The notes beneath the pieces are model-generated. The model was not told the origin of the DNA, did no database searches, and saw only the letters and a program-made list of their open reading frames with translations. A program made the position numbers and the translations under genes. Shown in pieces: positions 43,506 to 55,415 of a stretch of 64,000 nt of DNA (positions are counted from its first letter, which is position 1; the number at the start of each line of letters is the position of its first letter). The stretch spans positions 3,134 through 67,133 of the forward strand of contig DATJJE010000050.1 in the NCBI GenBank assembly GCA_035492455.1, written 5' to 3'. Origin of the DNA: Vicinamibacterales bacterium (GTDB lineage Bacteria; Acidobacteriota; Vicinamibacteria; Vicinamibacterales; UBA2999).

Positions 43506-44660
43506 TTAGTCGATCTCGATAATGCCCCAGGATTTTCGTTCGTCGGCGGTCGCATCCACACCCGCATAGGCAAGCGCGGGCGCGGCCTCGGCATGCGGCA
43601 GCCGGGCGAGCGCGTACTGCTGCACCTCGCGCGCGACGTCTTCGTCGCTCGGCGGAACGGGCCGACAGTGCAGCCGTACCCAGAGGCGCAACACAGGATC
43701 GGTAAAGCTGTACCGCTTTTGACGCGATGTCACCAGATCCACATCCTCGAGCCACGACAGATAGTCTTTCGTCGATCCTGGCGTGCGATGCAGACGATGG
43801 GAGATTTCGGTGAGCGTCAGCGGTTCTTCTTCCGCGAGCACATCGAGAATGGCTTTCAGGGCGCCGTATCCGCGTGCGCGATGCAGACGCAACTCGTAGC
43901 AGAAGCGGCACCAGTGATCGAGCGCACCTTCCGATGAGAGCAGCGCGGTGAGCGCGCTGATGGGATCGGCTGTCCGGCCCATCTGCACCATCGCGTCGCC
44001 GATCGCGCGCACGTAGGCGGCGCGGCCATCGGTCAGCGTCTGCACGGTGCGACCGAGGTCGTCGCGATCGTCGGTCGGCATCTGCTCGTAGTTGTTGAAC
44101 GTCGGCGCAAGCAGGTCTGTCGCATCGGCCGGTGTGAGCGACGGGATGTGCATCACTTCAAAGCGCGAGGTCGCGTCGCGCAGCAGGCGGTGCGCGCGGG
44201 CAACATACCTGGTCGTCAACACGAAGCGGTTCGGGCTGGCGGCGAGGGCCTCGAGCAGGTCGCGCAGAACGTGCCGCAGACCTGGAAAGCTTTCGAACGT
44301 GCGCAGCTCGAGTACGTCATCGAGCATGAAGGTGCACGGCTCTCCGCCCGGCGCGCGCGCCGTATCGAAGAAGACGAGCAGCATGTCGAACGCTTCGCGC
44401 GCGGTCCCCGGCTGGCGGTCCGCCGCGTGCCACGGGAATGGCGACGCGCCGGTGACCGCCTGCAGAAACCGTTCGGGCGTTGTGGCGCACCGTTCCACAT
44501 CTAGGTACTGCGCGGCGGTGCGGCCGAGTCGCTCGCGCAGCCGCTGCAGCAGTACGGTGCGGCCGGTTCCGCAACCGCCAAGAACGACGGGGATACGGGA
44601 TGGAGAGGCTTCGAGCGCGCCCAGAACCCGTCGATCGAACCCAGAATGCTGACCCGCCAT
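43506..44660 (-). CDS. P-loop ATPase (archaeal-ATPase/AAA-like) with C-terminal winged-helix domain
   Basis: 384-aa ORF. Walker A-like VVLGGCGTGRTVLL, with Arg in the usual Lys position. Walker B-like CTFMLDDVLE. C-terminal wHTH-like LTLTEISHRLHRTPGSTKDYLSWLEDVDLV. Confidence 0.65.
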   Translation of the reverse strand: MAGQHSGFDRRVLGALEASPSRIPVVLGGCGTGRTVLLQRLRERLGRTAAQYLDVERCATTPERFLQAVTGASPFPWHAADRQPGTAREAFDMLLVFFDTARAPGGEPCTFMLDDVLELRTFESFPGLRHVLRDLLEALAASPNRFVLTTRYVARAHRLLRDATSRFEVMHIPSLTPADATDLLAPTFNNYEQMPTDDRDDLGRTVQTLTDGRAAYVRAIGDAMVQMGRTADPISALTALLSSEGALDHWCRFCYELRLHRARGYGALKAILDVLAEEEPLTLTEISHRLHRTPGSTKDYLSWLEDVDLVTSRQKRYSFTDPVLRLWVRLHCRPVPPSDEDVAREVQQYALARLPHAEAAPALAYAGVDATADERKSWGIIEID

Positions 44661-44714
44661 TTCCCAAACTCCCTCTGCCGGCTCCCTTATGGCGGCAGCC
44701 GGGCAAATTTATTT

Positions 44715-44766
44715 GCGTAGGGGCCGCCTTCAGACGGCCCAGGGCCACCTAACGCCGGCCCCTACG
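44715..44766. repeat. REP-like GC-rich palindromic element
   Basis: gcGTAGGGGCCGccttcagacggccc ... CGGCCCCTACg. A perfect 10-nt inverted repeat (44717-44726 / 44756-44765) whose right arm overlaps the hutU stop codon. Confidence 0.6.
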
Positions 44767-46423
44767 ATGGCTTCATCGGAAGCCGAATTCCCTTCGCGGC
44801 CGCCGTGGCGATGGCCTCGGGGTACCCCGCATCCGCGTGGCGCGCCACTCCTATACCGGGGTCACACGTCAGCACGCGATCAAGCTTCGCGTCGGCCTCA
44901 GTCGTGCCGTCCGCGACGACAACCATCCCGGCGTGCAGCGAGTAGCCAATGCCGACACCGCCACCGTGGTGCACGGACACCCATGTGGCGCCCGCCGATG
45001 CGTTGAGCAGCGCGTTGAGGATCGGCCAGTCGGCAATCGCATCGCTGCCGTCGCGCATCCCTTCCGTCTCGCGGTACGGAGAGGCGACCGATCCAGTGTC
45101 AAGATGATCACGCCCAATCACGATCGGTGCCTTGATTACCCCCGCGCGCACGAGCTCGTTGATCTTCAATCCGAAGCGCGCGCGATCGCCGTACCCCAAC
45201 CAGCATATCCGCGCCGGCAATCCCTGGAACGCAATCCGCTCGTGCGCCATCGTAATCCATCGCACCAGCGCCGCGTCATCACCAAACATGTCGAGCGCGA
45301 GCGCATCCGTTACGTGAATGTCTTCGGGATCTCCGGAGAGCGCCGCCCATCGGAACGGGCCCTTGCCCTCACAGAACAGAGGCCGCACATATTCCGGCAC
45401 GAAGCCCGGAATGTCAAACGCGTTTTTTACACCCGCACGCTGTGCTTGCGATCGAATGTTGTTGCCATAGTCGAACGTCACCGCGCCGCGCTGCTGCAGC
45501 GCGAGCATCGCTTCCACGTGGCGTGCCATCGACTGCATGGCGCGCGCAATGTACTCGTCGGCTCGTCGCTCGCGGAGCGCGATGGCCTCAGCAAGTGACA
45601 TGCCGTGCGGTACGTAGCCGTTGAGCGCATCGTGCGCCGACGTTTGATCCGTCACGATATCGGGAGTGATACCGCGGCGTACGAGTTCGGGAAGCACATC
45701 GGCGGCGTTCCCTTCGACGGCAATCGATCGTGCAACGCGATCGCGCTTCCATGTTTCGATTCGCGTCAGCGCCTGGTCAAGATTGCTCGTTGCCTCGTCG
45801 AGATACTTGGTATCCAGCCGCCGCTGGATGCGTGCGCGATCGACTTCGACGATGAGCGCCGCGGCCCCGTTCAGCGTCGCGGCAAGCGGCTGCGCGCCAC
45901 CCATCCCACCCAGTCCCGCCGTGACCACCACGCGCCCGCTCAGCGAGCCGCCGAAGTGGCGACGCGCAGCGGCAGCGAAAGTCTCGTAAGTTCCCTGAAC
46001 AATTCCCTGAGATCCGATGTAGATCCAGCTGCCAGCCGTCATCTGGCCGTACATGGTCAGGCCGCGGTGTTCGAGATCGCGGAAGTTGTCCCACGTCGCC
46101 CACGCCGGCACGAGCAGCGCGTTGGCGATGAGCACGCGCGGCGCCCCGGCGTGCGTGCGGAATACGCCCACCGGCTTGCCCGACTGAATGAGCAGCGTTT
46201 CGTCGTGTTCGAGCGCGCGCAGCGAGTCGACAATCGCGTCGAACGATTCCCAGTTGCGCGCCGCCTTTCCGGAACCGCCGTAGACAACGAGATCGTCGGG
46301 ACGTTCGGCGACGTGGGGATCCAGATTGTTCATCAGCATGCGCAGCGCAGCCTCCTGCGGCCAGCCCTTGCAGGACAATGCCGTGCCGTGAGGCGCTTTG
46401 ATGGTGCGCGTGCCAATGGCCAT
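44762..46423 (-). CDS. hutU: Urocanate hydratase
   Basis: 553-aa ORF with [27 protein letters not shown] ... [13 protein letters not shown] ... [12 protein letters not shown]. Confidence 0.95.
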   Translation of the reverse strand: MAIGTRTIKAPHGTALSCKGWPQEAALRMLMNNLDPHVAERPDDLVVYGGSGKAARNWESFDAIVDSLRALEHDETLLIQSGKPVGVFRTHAGAPRVLIANALLVPAWATWDNFRDLEHRGLTMYGQMTAGSWIYIGSQGIVQGTYETFAAAARRHFGGSLSGRVVVTAGLGGMGGAQPLAATLNGAAALIVEVDRARIQRRLDTKYLDEATSNLDQALTRIETWKRDRVARSIAVEGNAADVLPELVRRGITPDIVTDQTSAHDALNGYVPHGMSLAEAIALRERRADEYIARAMQSMARHVEAMLALQQRGAVTFDYGNNIRSQAQRAGVKNAFDIPGFVPEYVRPLFCEGKGPFRWAALSGDPEDIHVTDALALDMFGDDAALVRWITMAHERIAFQGLPARICWLGYGDRARFGLKINELVRAGVIKAPIVIGRDHLDTGSVASPYRETEGMRDGSDAIADWPILNALLNASAGATWVSVHHGGGVGIGYSLHAGMVVVADGTTEADAKLDRVLTCDPGIGVARHADAGYPEAIATAAAKGIRLPMKPS

Positions 46424-46468
46424 TGCTGGAGCGTGTGAGTGTGAGCGGTTCGACGAGCGCGAGAGTGG

Positions 46469-46497
46469 AAAATAAATTTCGCGCGAACGCTTGTCAA
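46469..46497 (-). promoter_or_regulatory. Putative internal sigma70 promoter for hutU
   Basis: Minus strand: TTGACA (46497-46492), 17-nt spacer, TATTTT (46474-46469), 45 nt upstream of the hutU ATG. It lies in a markedly AT-rich hutH-hutU spacer that holds two TCAATTGA palindromes. Confidence 0.4.
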
Positions 46498-46517
46498 TTG
46501 ATTTTAGAAAAAAATTT

Positions 46518-49445
<2,928 letters not shown>

Positions 49446-49451
49446 TCGAGG

Positions 49452-50120
49452 TTATGAAGGGCGCTTCTTCGCGTCGATGAACTTCTGGACGCGCTCGGAC
49501 TCGGCGTCGAAGAACTCGACCCCGGCGCGGTAGCGGGGTCCCGTCTTGACGAGCTCGAACGATGCCCAGGCGACGCCGGCATTGATGCGCAGCGGCTTGT
49601 GGCCGTGGGTGATCGACAAGCGCACGCGCTGATTCGGTTTCAGGACTGTCTGCGACACGACCTGCGCGCCGACGATCGAGAGATCGACGAGCGTGGCGGT
49701 GTTGCCATCCACCAGCACCTCGACGCCATCCACAATCCTGACGCGCGGAGCGCGTCGCGTGCCCCGCTGATCGAGCGGCGCCGCCGGTGCCGCCGCGGGT
49801 GGCGCGGCGACCGCCACCGCTGAACCAGCAGCGCTCGTGCTGGGCGGCACGGGCGCACGCGAATAGCCGCTATCGGGTGCAACGATACGAATTTCGCACG
49901 ACGCGAGCTTCGGATCGGCCTTGATGCGATTGATCAGCGCGGCACCGCGCGTCGTGGCGGCGAAATCGCGCTCGAGTGCGACGACGTCGGGCCGCTTGCG
50001 TGTGATGACCTCGAGCGCGCGCAGCGCCTCTGCGTCGGAAAAGGACTGTGCGTTGCTGAAATCGTCGCGTTCCTTCAACACTTCCAGGTGCTCGGGCGCG
50101 GCGATCAGAACCGTGGACAC
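49452..50120 (-). CDS. PilZ-domain protein with N-terminal receiver-like domain
   Basis: C-terminal PilZ motifs RRAPRVRI and DLSIVGAQV. The track start (TTG 50162) lies inside an AT-rich repeat, so I prefer GTG 50120 (VSTVLIAAPEHLEV). The start is uncertain. Confidence 0.6.
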   Translation of the reverse strand: MSTVLIAAPEHLEVLKERDDFSNAQSFSDAEALRALEVITRKRPDVVALERDFAATTRGAALINRIKADPKLASCEIRIVAPDSGYSRAPVPPSTSAAGSAVAVAAPPAAAPAAPLDQRGTRRAPRVRIVDGVEVLVDGNTATLVDLSIVGAQVVSQTVLKPNQRVRLSITHGHKPLRINAGVAWASFELVKTGPRYRAGVEFFDAESERVQKFIDAKKRPS

Positions 50121-50133
50121 AAGAGAATCAGTG

Positions 50134-50224
50134 TAATTCAAAATGCAAAGTGCAAAGTTCAAACGGTGCGGCAGTGACGTTCACTTTTGAATTCTTTCGC
50201 ATGTCGAATTTTGCATTTTGAATT
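50134..50224. repeat. AT-rich palindromic element in divergent promoter region
   Basis: AATTCAAAATGCAAA (50135-50149) and TTTGCATTTTGAATT (50210-50224) form a perfect 15-nt inverted repeat. Further TTCAAA/TTTGAA half-sites lie in between. Confidence 0.8.
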
Positions 50225-50245
50225 CGGACTTTACAGAATCACACA

Positions 50246-50989
50246 GTGATTGGCGTTCGTTGTGTCAATCTGGTCAAACGCTACGGCGATGTCGTCGCCG
50301 TCGATGGCCTGTCGCTCGTCGTCAATCGCGGCGAGTGCTTTGGACTGCTCGGACCGAACGGCGCCGGCAAAACGACGACGATCGAAATTCTGGAAGGATT
50401 GCTCGAACCTGATGCGGGTGAGGTGGAGGTGCTTGGCCTCACATGGCGTGCGCATCATCGCGAGCTGCGGCAGCGACTCGGCGTTCAGCTGCAGGAGACG
50501 CAGTTCGCGGACAAGTTGTCGGTCGAGGAAACGCTGCGGCTGTTCCGCTCGTTCTATCATCGCGGGCGGACGCTCGACGATCTCTTCCGCATCGTCGAGC
50601 TCGAGTCGAAGCGTCACAGCTGGGTAGGTAAGCTGTCGGGCGGACAGAAGCAGCGTCTTGCCGTTGCGTGTGCGCTGGCCGGCGACCCGGATCTGTTATT
50701 TCTCGACGAGCCGACGACCGGCCTCGATCCGCAATCGCGTCGACAGCTATGGGCGCTGCTGTCGGAGTTCCGTCGACAGGGCGGGACCATCCTGCTGACC
50801 ACACACTACATGGATGAGGCGGAAACGCTGTGCGATCGGGTCGCGATCGTTGACCACGGAAAGGTTATTGCCGAAGGATCGCCTCGCGAGCTGATTGCGA
50901 CGCTCGGCGCGCCGAAAGTCGTCACGCATCAGGGAACTCTGGAGGATGTGTTTGTCGCGCTCACCGGACGGCGTCTCCGTGAAGAATAG
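50246..50989 (+). CDS. ABC transporter ATP-binding protein (ABC-2/DrrA-like exporter)
   Basis: 247-aa ORF with a GTG start. Walker A GPNGAGKTT, signature LSGGQKQRL, Walker B LLFLDEPTTGLD. Confidence 0.9.
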   Translation: MIGVRCVNLVKRYGDVVAVDGLSLVVNRGECFGLLGPNGAGKTTTIEILEGLLEPDAGEVEVLGLTWRAHHRELRQRLGVQLQETQFADKLSVEETLRLFRSFYHRGRTLDDLFRIVELESKRHSWVGKLSGGQKQRLAVACALAGDPDLLFLDEPTTGLDPQSRRQLWALLSEFRRQGGTILLTTHYMDEAETLCDRVAIVDHGKVIAEGSPRELIATLGAPKVVTHQGTLEDVFVALTGRRLREE

Positions 50990-52037
50990 CGTTATCGATC
51001 GTGGCGGCGCGCGGCATCCGCTCATCGAGCTGGCGCTCGCGCGGCTACGCGAGTTCGTGCGCGAGCCGGAGGCAGTCTTCTGGGCGTTTATCTTTCCGAT
51101 TCTGATGTCGGTGACGATGGCGCTCGCGTTTCCGCGCGGAGGAACGAAGCCGGCAATTGTCGGCATCGAGCCAGGCGAGGGCGCTGCCGCGCTGCGCGAG
51201 GTGCTGGGGCACGAACCGGGAATTGTCATTCGTGACATGCCGGCGGGTGCCGAGGCACGCGCGCTTCGCGCGGGCGACGTACATCTGCTCGTCGTTCCGG
51301 CCACGCCACCTGTCTATCGATTCGATCCCGCGCGCGAGGAAAGTCGCGTCGCGCGGCTGCTCGTAGATTCCGCGCTGAAGAAGGCGGCCGGCAGAAACGA
51401 TCCGTGGCTGGCGCGCGAAGAGCCCCTGGACGTTCCTGGCTCACGCTACGTCGACTGGCTTATCCCCGGCATTGTCGGCCTGAGCATCATGGGGACGAGC
51501 ATGTGGAGCATCGGCTTCGCCATCGTGCAGGCGCGGATGCGCAAGCTGCTCAAGCGTCTCGTCGCCAGTCCCATGCGCAAGCGTGAATATCTTCTCGCCC
51601 AGGTCGCCGGCCGGCTGGTGCTGCTGGCGCCGGAAGCCGGGGCGCCGCTGGTCTTCGGCGTGATGGTATTGGGAATGCCGATTCGCGGATCGATTCTCGC
51701 GATGTCAGTGGTGTGTCTCGCGGGGGCGCTATCGTTCGGCGGCATCGGCCTGCTGCTCGCGAGTCGAGCGCGCACGTTCGAAGCGATATCGGGATTGATG
51801 AACCTCTCGACGGTGCCGATGTGGGTGGTGTCGGGAGTCTTTTTCTCTGCGTCGAATTTTCCGCAATCGATGCAGCCGATCATCCGGGTGCTTCCGCTCA
51901 CCGCACTCGTCGACGCATTGCGTGACGTCATTCTGGAGGGTGCGGGGCTGCAGGGTGTCACGCGCGAGCTCGCCATTCTTGCGACGTGGGGGATTGGCGG
52001 ATTTGTAATCGCACTCCGCGTCTTCAGATGGAGATGA
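50979..52037 (+). CDS. ABC-2 type transporter permease
   Basis: Start placed at GTG 50979, which overlaps the ATPase gene end by 11 nt. Six-TM ABC-2 pattern (FWAFIFPILMSV ... WLIPGIVGLSIMGTSMW ... VPMWVVSGVFFS). Confidence 0.8.
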   Translation: MKNSVIDRGGARHPLIELALARLREFVREPEAVFWAFIFPILMSVTMALAFPRGGTKPAIVGIEPGEGAAALREVLGHEPGIVIRDMPAGAEARALRAGDVHLLVVPATPPVYRFDPAREESRVARLLVDSALKKAAGRNDPWLAREEPLDVPGSRYVDWLIPGIVGLSIMGTSMWSIGFAIVQARMRKLLKRLVASPMRKREYLLAQVAGRLVLLAPEAGAPLVFGVMVLGMPIRGSILAMSVVCLAGALSFGGIGLLLASRARTFEAISGLMNLSTVPMWVVSGVFFSASNFPQSMQPIIRVLPLTALVDALRDVILEGAGLQGVTRELAILATWGIGGFVIALRVFRWR

Positions 52038-52058
52038 ATTTGCTGAAATGCCCCGCGT

Positions 52059-52658
52059 ATGGCGGTTCATCGCATCATTGAGGCGCATGCGGCCAGATAT
52101 GGCGACTCCGCTGCCATTTCAGACCAGCGGATTACGCTCAGCTATCGCGAGCTGAACCAGCAGGCGAACGTCGTCGCCAGGCATTTGATGAGCCATGGCT
52201 TCAGGCGTGGGGGCCTTGCCACGGTGCGTCTGCCGCGCTCGGCAGAAACCGCGATCGTGCTGCTCGGCATTCTCAAGGCCGGCGGCACATATACCCTTAT
52301 TGATCCCGAGTTCGACAGCACCGACTGGCCGGACGGCGTGTCATTCGTTGAGAAGAGTGACGGCGATGAGGTGCGCTACCGCAACGTGGACATGACGCCA
52401 GCGCTGCGCCAGCCGGCACTGTCTTCGGCAAATCTTCCAGTGGTCGCGCGCGCGAGTGACTTGGCGTGTGTCATACCCGACCGCGACGGTTCGCCGCTGG
52501 TCCTCGTGCCGCACGCAACGATCATGTCGCTGCAGGAGCGTGTGGTACCTCCGCTCGCCGAGTGGTCCGGCGAGGCAGGGGCGCTCGACCTGTGGGCGGC
52601 GCTGATGAACGGCGCGACCGTGATGCTTACCGGCTCCGAGCTTCGGTCGGCGGCGTAA
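52059..52658 (+). CDS. Stand-alone truncated adenylation-domain-like protein (N-terminal A-domain fragment, degenerate core motif)
   Basis: 199-aa ORF. A1/A2-like LSYRELNQQANVVARHL and LLGILKAGGTYTLIDPE. The position of the TSGSTGxPKG motif reads CVIPDRDGSPLVLVPHAT. The ORF ends before the remaining core motifs. Confidence 0.55.
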   Translation: MAVHRIIEAHAARYGDSAAISDQRITLSYRELNQQANVVARHLMSHGFRRGGLATVRLPRSAETAIVLLGILKAGGTYTLIDPEFDSTDWPDGVSFVEKSDGDEVRYRNVDMTPALRQPALSSANLPVVARASDLACVIPDRDGSPLVLVPHATIMSLQERVVPPLAEWSGEAGALDLWAALMNGATVMLTGSELRSAA

Positions 52659-52944
52659 GCCTTCCTTTGAATTTCAGCTCGTCGCGCGTGCTGCCGGCCC
52701 GCCGAACGGGGTCGTGTCCGCCTTCGGTCGAGTAATAACCCGACGTCCCGACTACTTTCTCCCTTCCCGCGGCGGCGGCGGGGCGCGGGTGGGCAACCGT
52801 CCAGAAGATCATGGCGACGCCGACGATGACGAAGAAGACGACAAGCGAACCAACAAAGCCGACCAGGACAGCGCTGCGTGCTCGTGGGCCCAGCACGGAC
52901 TGCGGCGGATTTTTCGGGTCGTGGGTACCGTCGTAACGATCCAT
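52627..52944 (-). CDS. Small single-TM protein (hypothetical)
   Basis: Internal ATG 52942-52944 with GGAGG 4 nt upstream. MDRYDGTHDPKNPP ... VLVGFVGSLVVFFVIVGVAMIFW. This is the only plausible part of the 277-aa track ORF 52627..53460. Confidence 0.45.
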   Translation of the reverse strand: MDRYDGTHDPKNPPQSVLGPRARSAVLVGFVGSLVVFFVIVGVAMIFWTVAHPRPAAAAGREKVVGTSGYYSTEGGHDPVRRAGSTRDELKFKGRLTPPTEARSR

Positions 52945-52973
52945 GGCGCCTCCTTCCCGGAAACTGGCACATC

Positions 52974-54830
52974 TTACTCCCGTACTGCACGGATGAGCGG
53001 CGCAGTCAGCTTCTGCCGGCATTTCCAATAGCCAGCCCACGGGTCGGTCTTCATCTTCGACAAGCGGTTGGGGAGGGTCAGAATCGTAAAGCTCTGAGGC
53101 GACAATGAGATGCGCAACTCTGCCCATGTCAGCGGGACGCTGACCGGCGCGCCTTTTCGCGCGCGTGTCGAGTACGCCGCAATCGTCGTGTTCGTGCGGT
53201 TGTTGCGCAGGTAATCGATCAGAATTTTCCGCTCGCGCCCTGCTTTTGTGAAGCTGGTGGTATAGAGGTCGGCCCTCGCCTGTTCGAACCGTTCGCCGAG
53301 CGCCCGCGAAAACTCGAGGCACTGGGACCAGTCGGCATGGGGGATCAAGGGCACGACGATATGCAGGCCACGCCCACCCGTCGTCTTCACCCACGACTGG
53401 AGTTGCAGCGCGGCGAGCGAGTCGCGCACCATGCGCGCCCCGCGAACCACCGACTGCCACTCGACCTCATCGCCCGGATCGAGGTCGAAGACGATGCGGT
53501 TCGGCCGCTCGACGTCCTCGAATACCGAATTCCACGTATGTATCTCCAGCACGCCCATCTGTGCGAGGCCGACGATGCCGGCGATGTCGTCGGCGACGAG
53601 GTACTCACCAAGCTTCGTCTTCTCCTTGATTCGCACGCGGCGCAGTGCGGATGGGGCCCATACCTTTGAATGCTTCATGAAGAAGCAGTCACCACGCAGG
53701 CCCTCGGGGCAGCGAACCAGCGTCAGCGGGCGGCCCGCGACGTGCGGCACGATCCAGTCGGCAATCGATTCGTAGTAGCGGACGACATCAAGCTTCGTCA
53801 GCTTCTGCTCGGGATAGAGGATGCGATCGGGGTGAGAGATCTGGATGCCGGCCACCGTGTCGCGGTCCGTACGGCGCGGACCCGTTGAGTCCGCGGCTCT
53901 TTCGCGAACGATCTGTCTGGGATCCTTGTCCTTCCGCAATCCCTGAAACGACGGATGGCGAATCTTGCCATCGCTCGTCCACTCGGTGAACTCCACTTCA
54001 CACACCAGTTCCGGCTTTACCCAGTGGGCGTTGCGACCGAGCGCTCCTGGCGGCGGCGGCATGAACGGGGAGCTCGTGGTTTCGATGCGGCCCAGCGTGG
54101 CGCGAACGTCGAGTGCCGACTTGTGCGTGAACCCGGTACCCACCTTTCCGGAGAAGGCCAGGCGCTCGCCGTCGTAGTAGCCGATCAGCAGCGCGCCGAT
54201 GCCAGCGCGCGTCCCTTCCGGATCCGTGAACCCGCCAATGACGAACTCCTGCCGCTGCACGCACTTCGTCTTCAGCCATTCACCGTGACGCCCGGCGCGG
54301 TACGGCTTGTCACGGCGCTTGGACACGATCCCTTCGAGGCCTGCCCGGCACGCTTCGGCGAAGAATGCGTTGCCGTTGCCCTCGATATGCTCCGAGTAGC
54401 GGATGGGTCCGGTCTTCTTCGTCCCAACGAGCTTCTTCAGCCGCGCCTTACGATCCTGGAGCGCTAACGTCTGCAGGTTTTCGTCGTTCAGACGCAGCAG
54501 ATCAAAGACGAAGTAGACGAGCGTCCCGCGCCTGGACGGCTCGCCCGCGTTCTGCATCGCCTGAAAGCTTGTTCGACCGTCGGGCAGAACCATCGCCGCT
54601 TCGCCGTCGATGAGGGCGTCACCGAGTCCGAGCCTTTCGACCGCGGCGACAATCTCCGGAAACGCAGCTGTCCAATCGTTGCCGTTGCGCGTGTAGAGCG
54701 TCACGCGTCCTTTGCGGACCCGTGCACCGATGCGGTATCCGTCGTACTTAATTTCGTGCAGCCACTCGTCGCCGGACGGCGGCGTGGCGACGAGCGTCGC
54801 CAGTTGCGGCACGTAGTCGGGATGTGGCAT
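52974..54830 (-). CDS. ligD: ATP-dependent DNA ligase LigD (ligase plus primase-polymerase domains, no phosphoesterase domain)
   Basis: 618-aa ORF. Ligase motif I EIKYDGYR within the N-terminal ~310 aa. C-terminal LigD-Pol-like region (HPDRILYPE ... RPLTLVRCPEG ... FFMKH ... VFDLDPG ... KTTGGRGLHIVVP). Confidence 0.9.
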   Translation of the reverse strand: MPHPDYVPQLATLVATPPSGDEWLHEIKYDGYRIGARVRKGRVTLYTRNGNDWTAAFPEIVAAVERLGLGDALIDGEAAMVLPDGRTSFQAMQNAGEPSRRGTLVYFVFDLLRLNDENLQTLALQDRKARLKKLVGTKKTGPIRYSEHIEGNGNAFFAEACRAGLEGIVSKRRDKPYRAGRHGEWLKTKCVQRQEFVIGGFTDPEGTRAGIGALLIGYYDGERLAFSGKVGTGFTHKSALDVRATLGRIETTSSPFMPPPPGALGRNAHWVKPELVCEVEFTEWTSDGKIRHPSFQGLRKDKDPRQIVRERAADSTGPRRTDRDTVAGIQISHPDRILYPEQKLTKLDVVRYYESIADWIVPHVAGRPLTLVRCPEGLRGDCFFMKHSKVWAPSALRRVRIKEKTKLGEYLVADDIAGIVGLAQMGVLEIHTWNSVFEDVERPNRIVFDLDPGDEVEWQSVVRGARMVRDSLAALQLQSWVKTTGGRGLHIVVPLIPHADWSQCLEFSRALGERFEQARADLYTTSFTKAGRERKILIDYLRNNRTNTTIAAYSTRARKGAPVSVPLTWAELRISLSPQSFTILTLPNRLSKMKTDPWAGYWKCRQKLTAPLIRAVRE

Positions 54831-55341
54831 TGAGCAGCGGCGGCGGCGTGCGCTCGATCTCGCGCGCGATACGTCGAGCGTCGGCGAGATCGGTCGCCGC
54901 GTAGGTACGGCCCGAGCCAGCGTAGCAGAGGCTGACCGCCCCGGTCACGGTGTTACCGACACGAATGGGGAGCACCAGCGCCGAGCGGCATGCGAGGCGC
55001 CGATGCAGGTCCGCGACGCTGCCGCGCGGTGCGTCTGCCACCGTCTCCTGCAGGATCGTGCGGCGCAGCGAGGGCTCACCGGTGCGCACGACTTGCGCCA
55101 CCGTGCTGTGAAGATCGTCGCGCCGGATGTGATAGACGCGCTGCAGCGCCCGCAGCAGTTTGTTTCCGGCGGGGCTGGCGTGTGCCGATGCGATGCCGAC
55201 GATCGAGCGGCCGGTCACCATGAATACCACGGCAAAATCCGCGAGTTCCGGGACCGCGCGCCGTGCAATCCGCTGAATGGTCCGGTGCGCAAGCCGGCCG
55301 ACGGTCGCGATCGGAGGAGTTGATCCAATCCGCTCGTCCAT
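54748..55341 (-). CDS. GAF-domain protein
   Basis: Start chosen at internal ATG 55341 (MDERIGSTPP). GAF-like FAVVFMV ... LVLPIRVGNTVTGAVSL. The C-terminal tail overlaps the ligD start by 83 nt. Confidence 0.5.
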   Translation of the reverse strand: MDERIGSTPPIATVGRLAHRTIQRIARRAVPELADFAVVFMVTGRSIVGIASAHASPAGNKLLRALQRVYHIRRDDLHSTVAQVVRTGEPSLRRTILQETVADAPRGSVADLHRRLACRSALVLPIRVGNTVTGAVSLCYAGSGRTYAATDLADARRIAREIERTPPPLLNATSRLRAATGDARRHAAVRRRVAARN

Positions 55342-55415
55342 GTGATGCCACCTCGACCTGAAGTCCTTGATTCCCCTGAAATACATGCAATCGCGATGCG
55401 CGTACACTGCTCATC

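Noticed and set aside
52945-53460. Upstream part of the 277-aa ORF 52627..53460
   Set aside because: It runs out of frame across the ligD 3' end. Only the distal 105 codons, which have their own SD, are plausible, and even those have low confidence.
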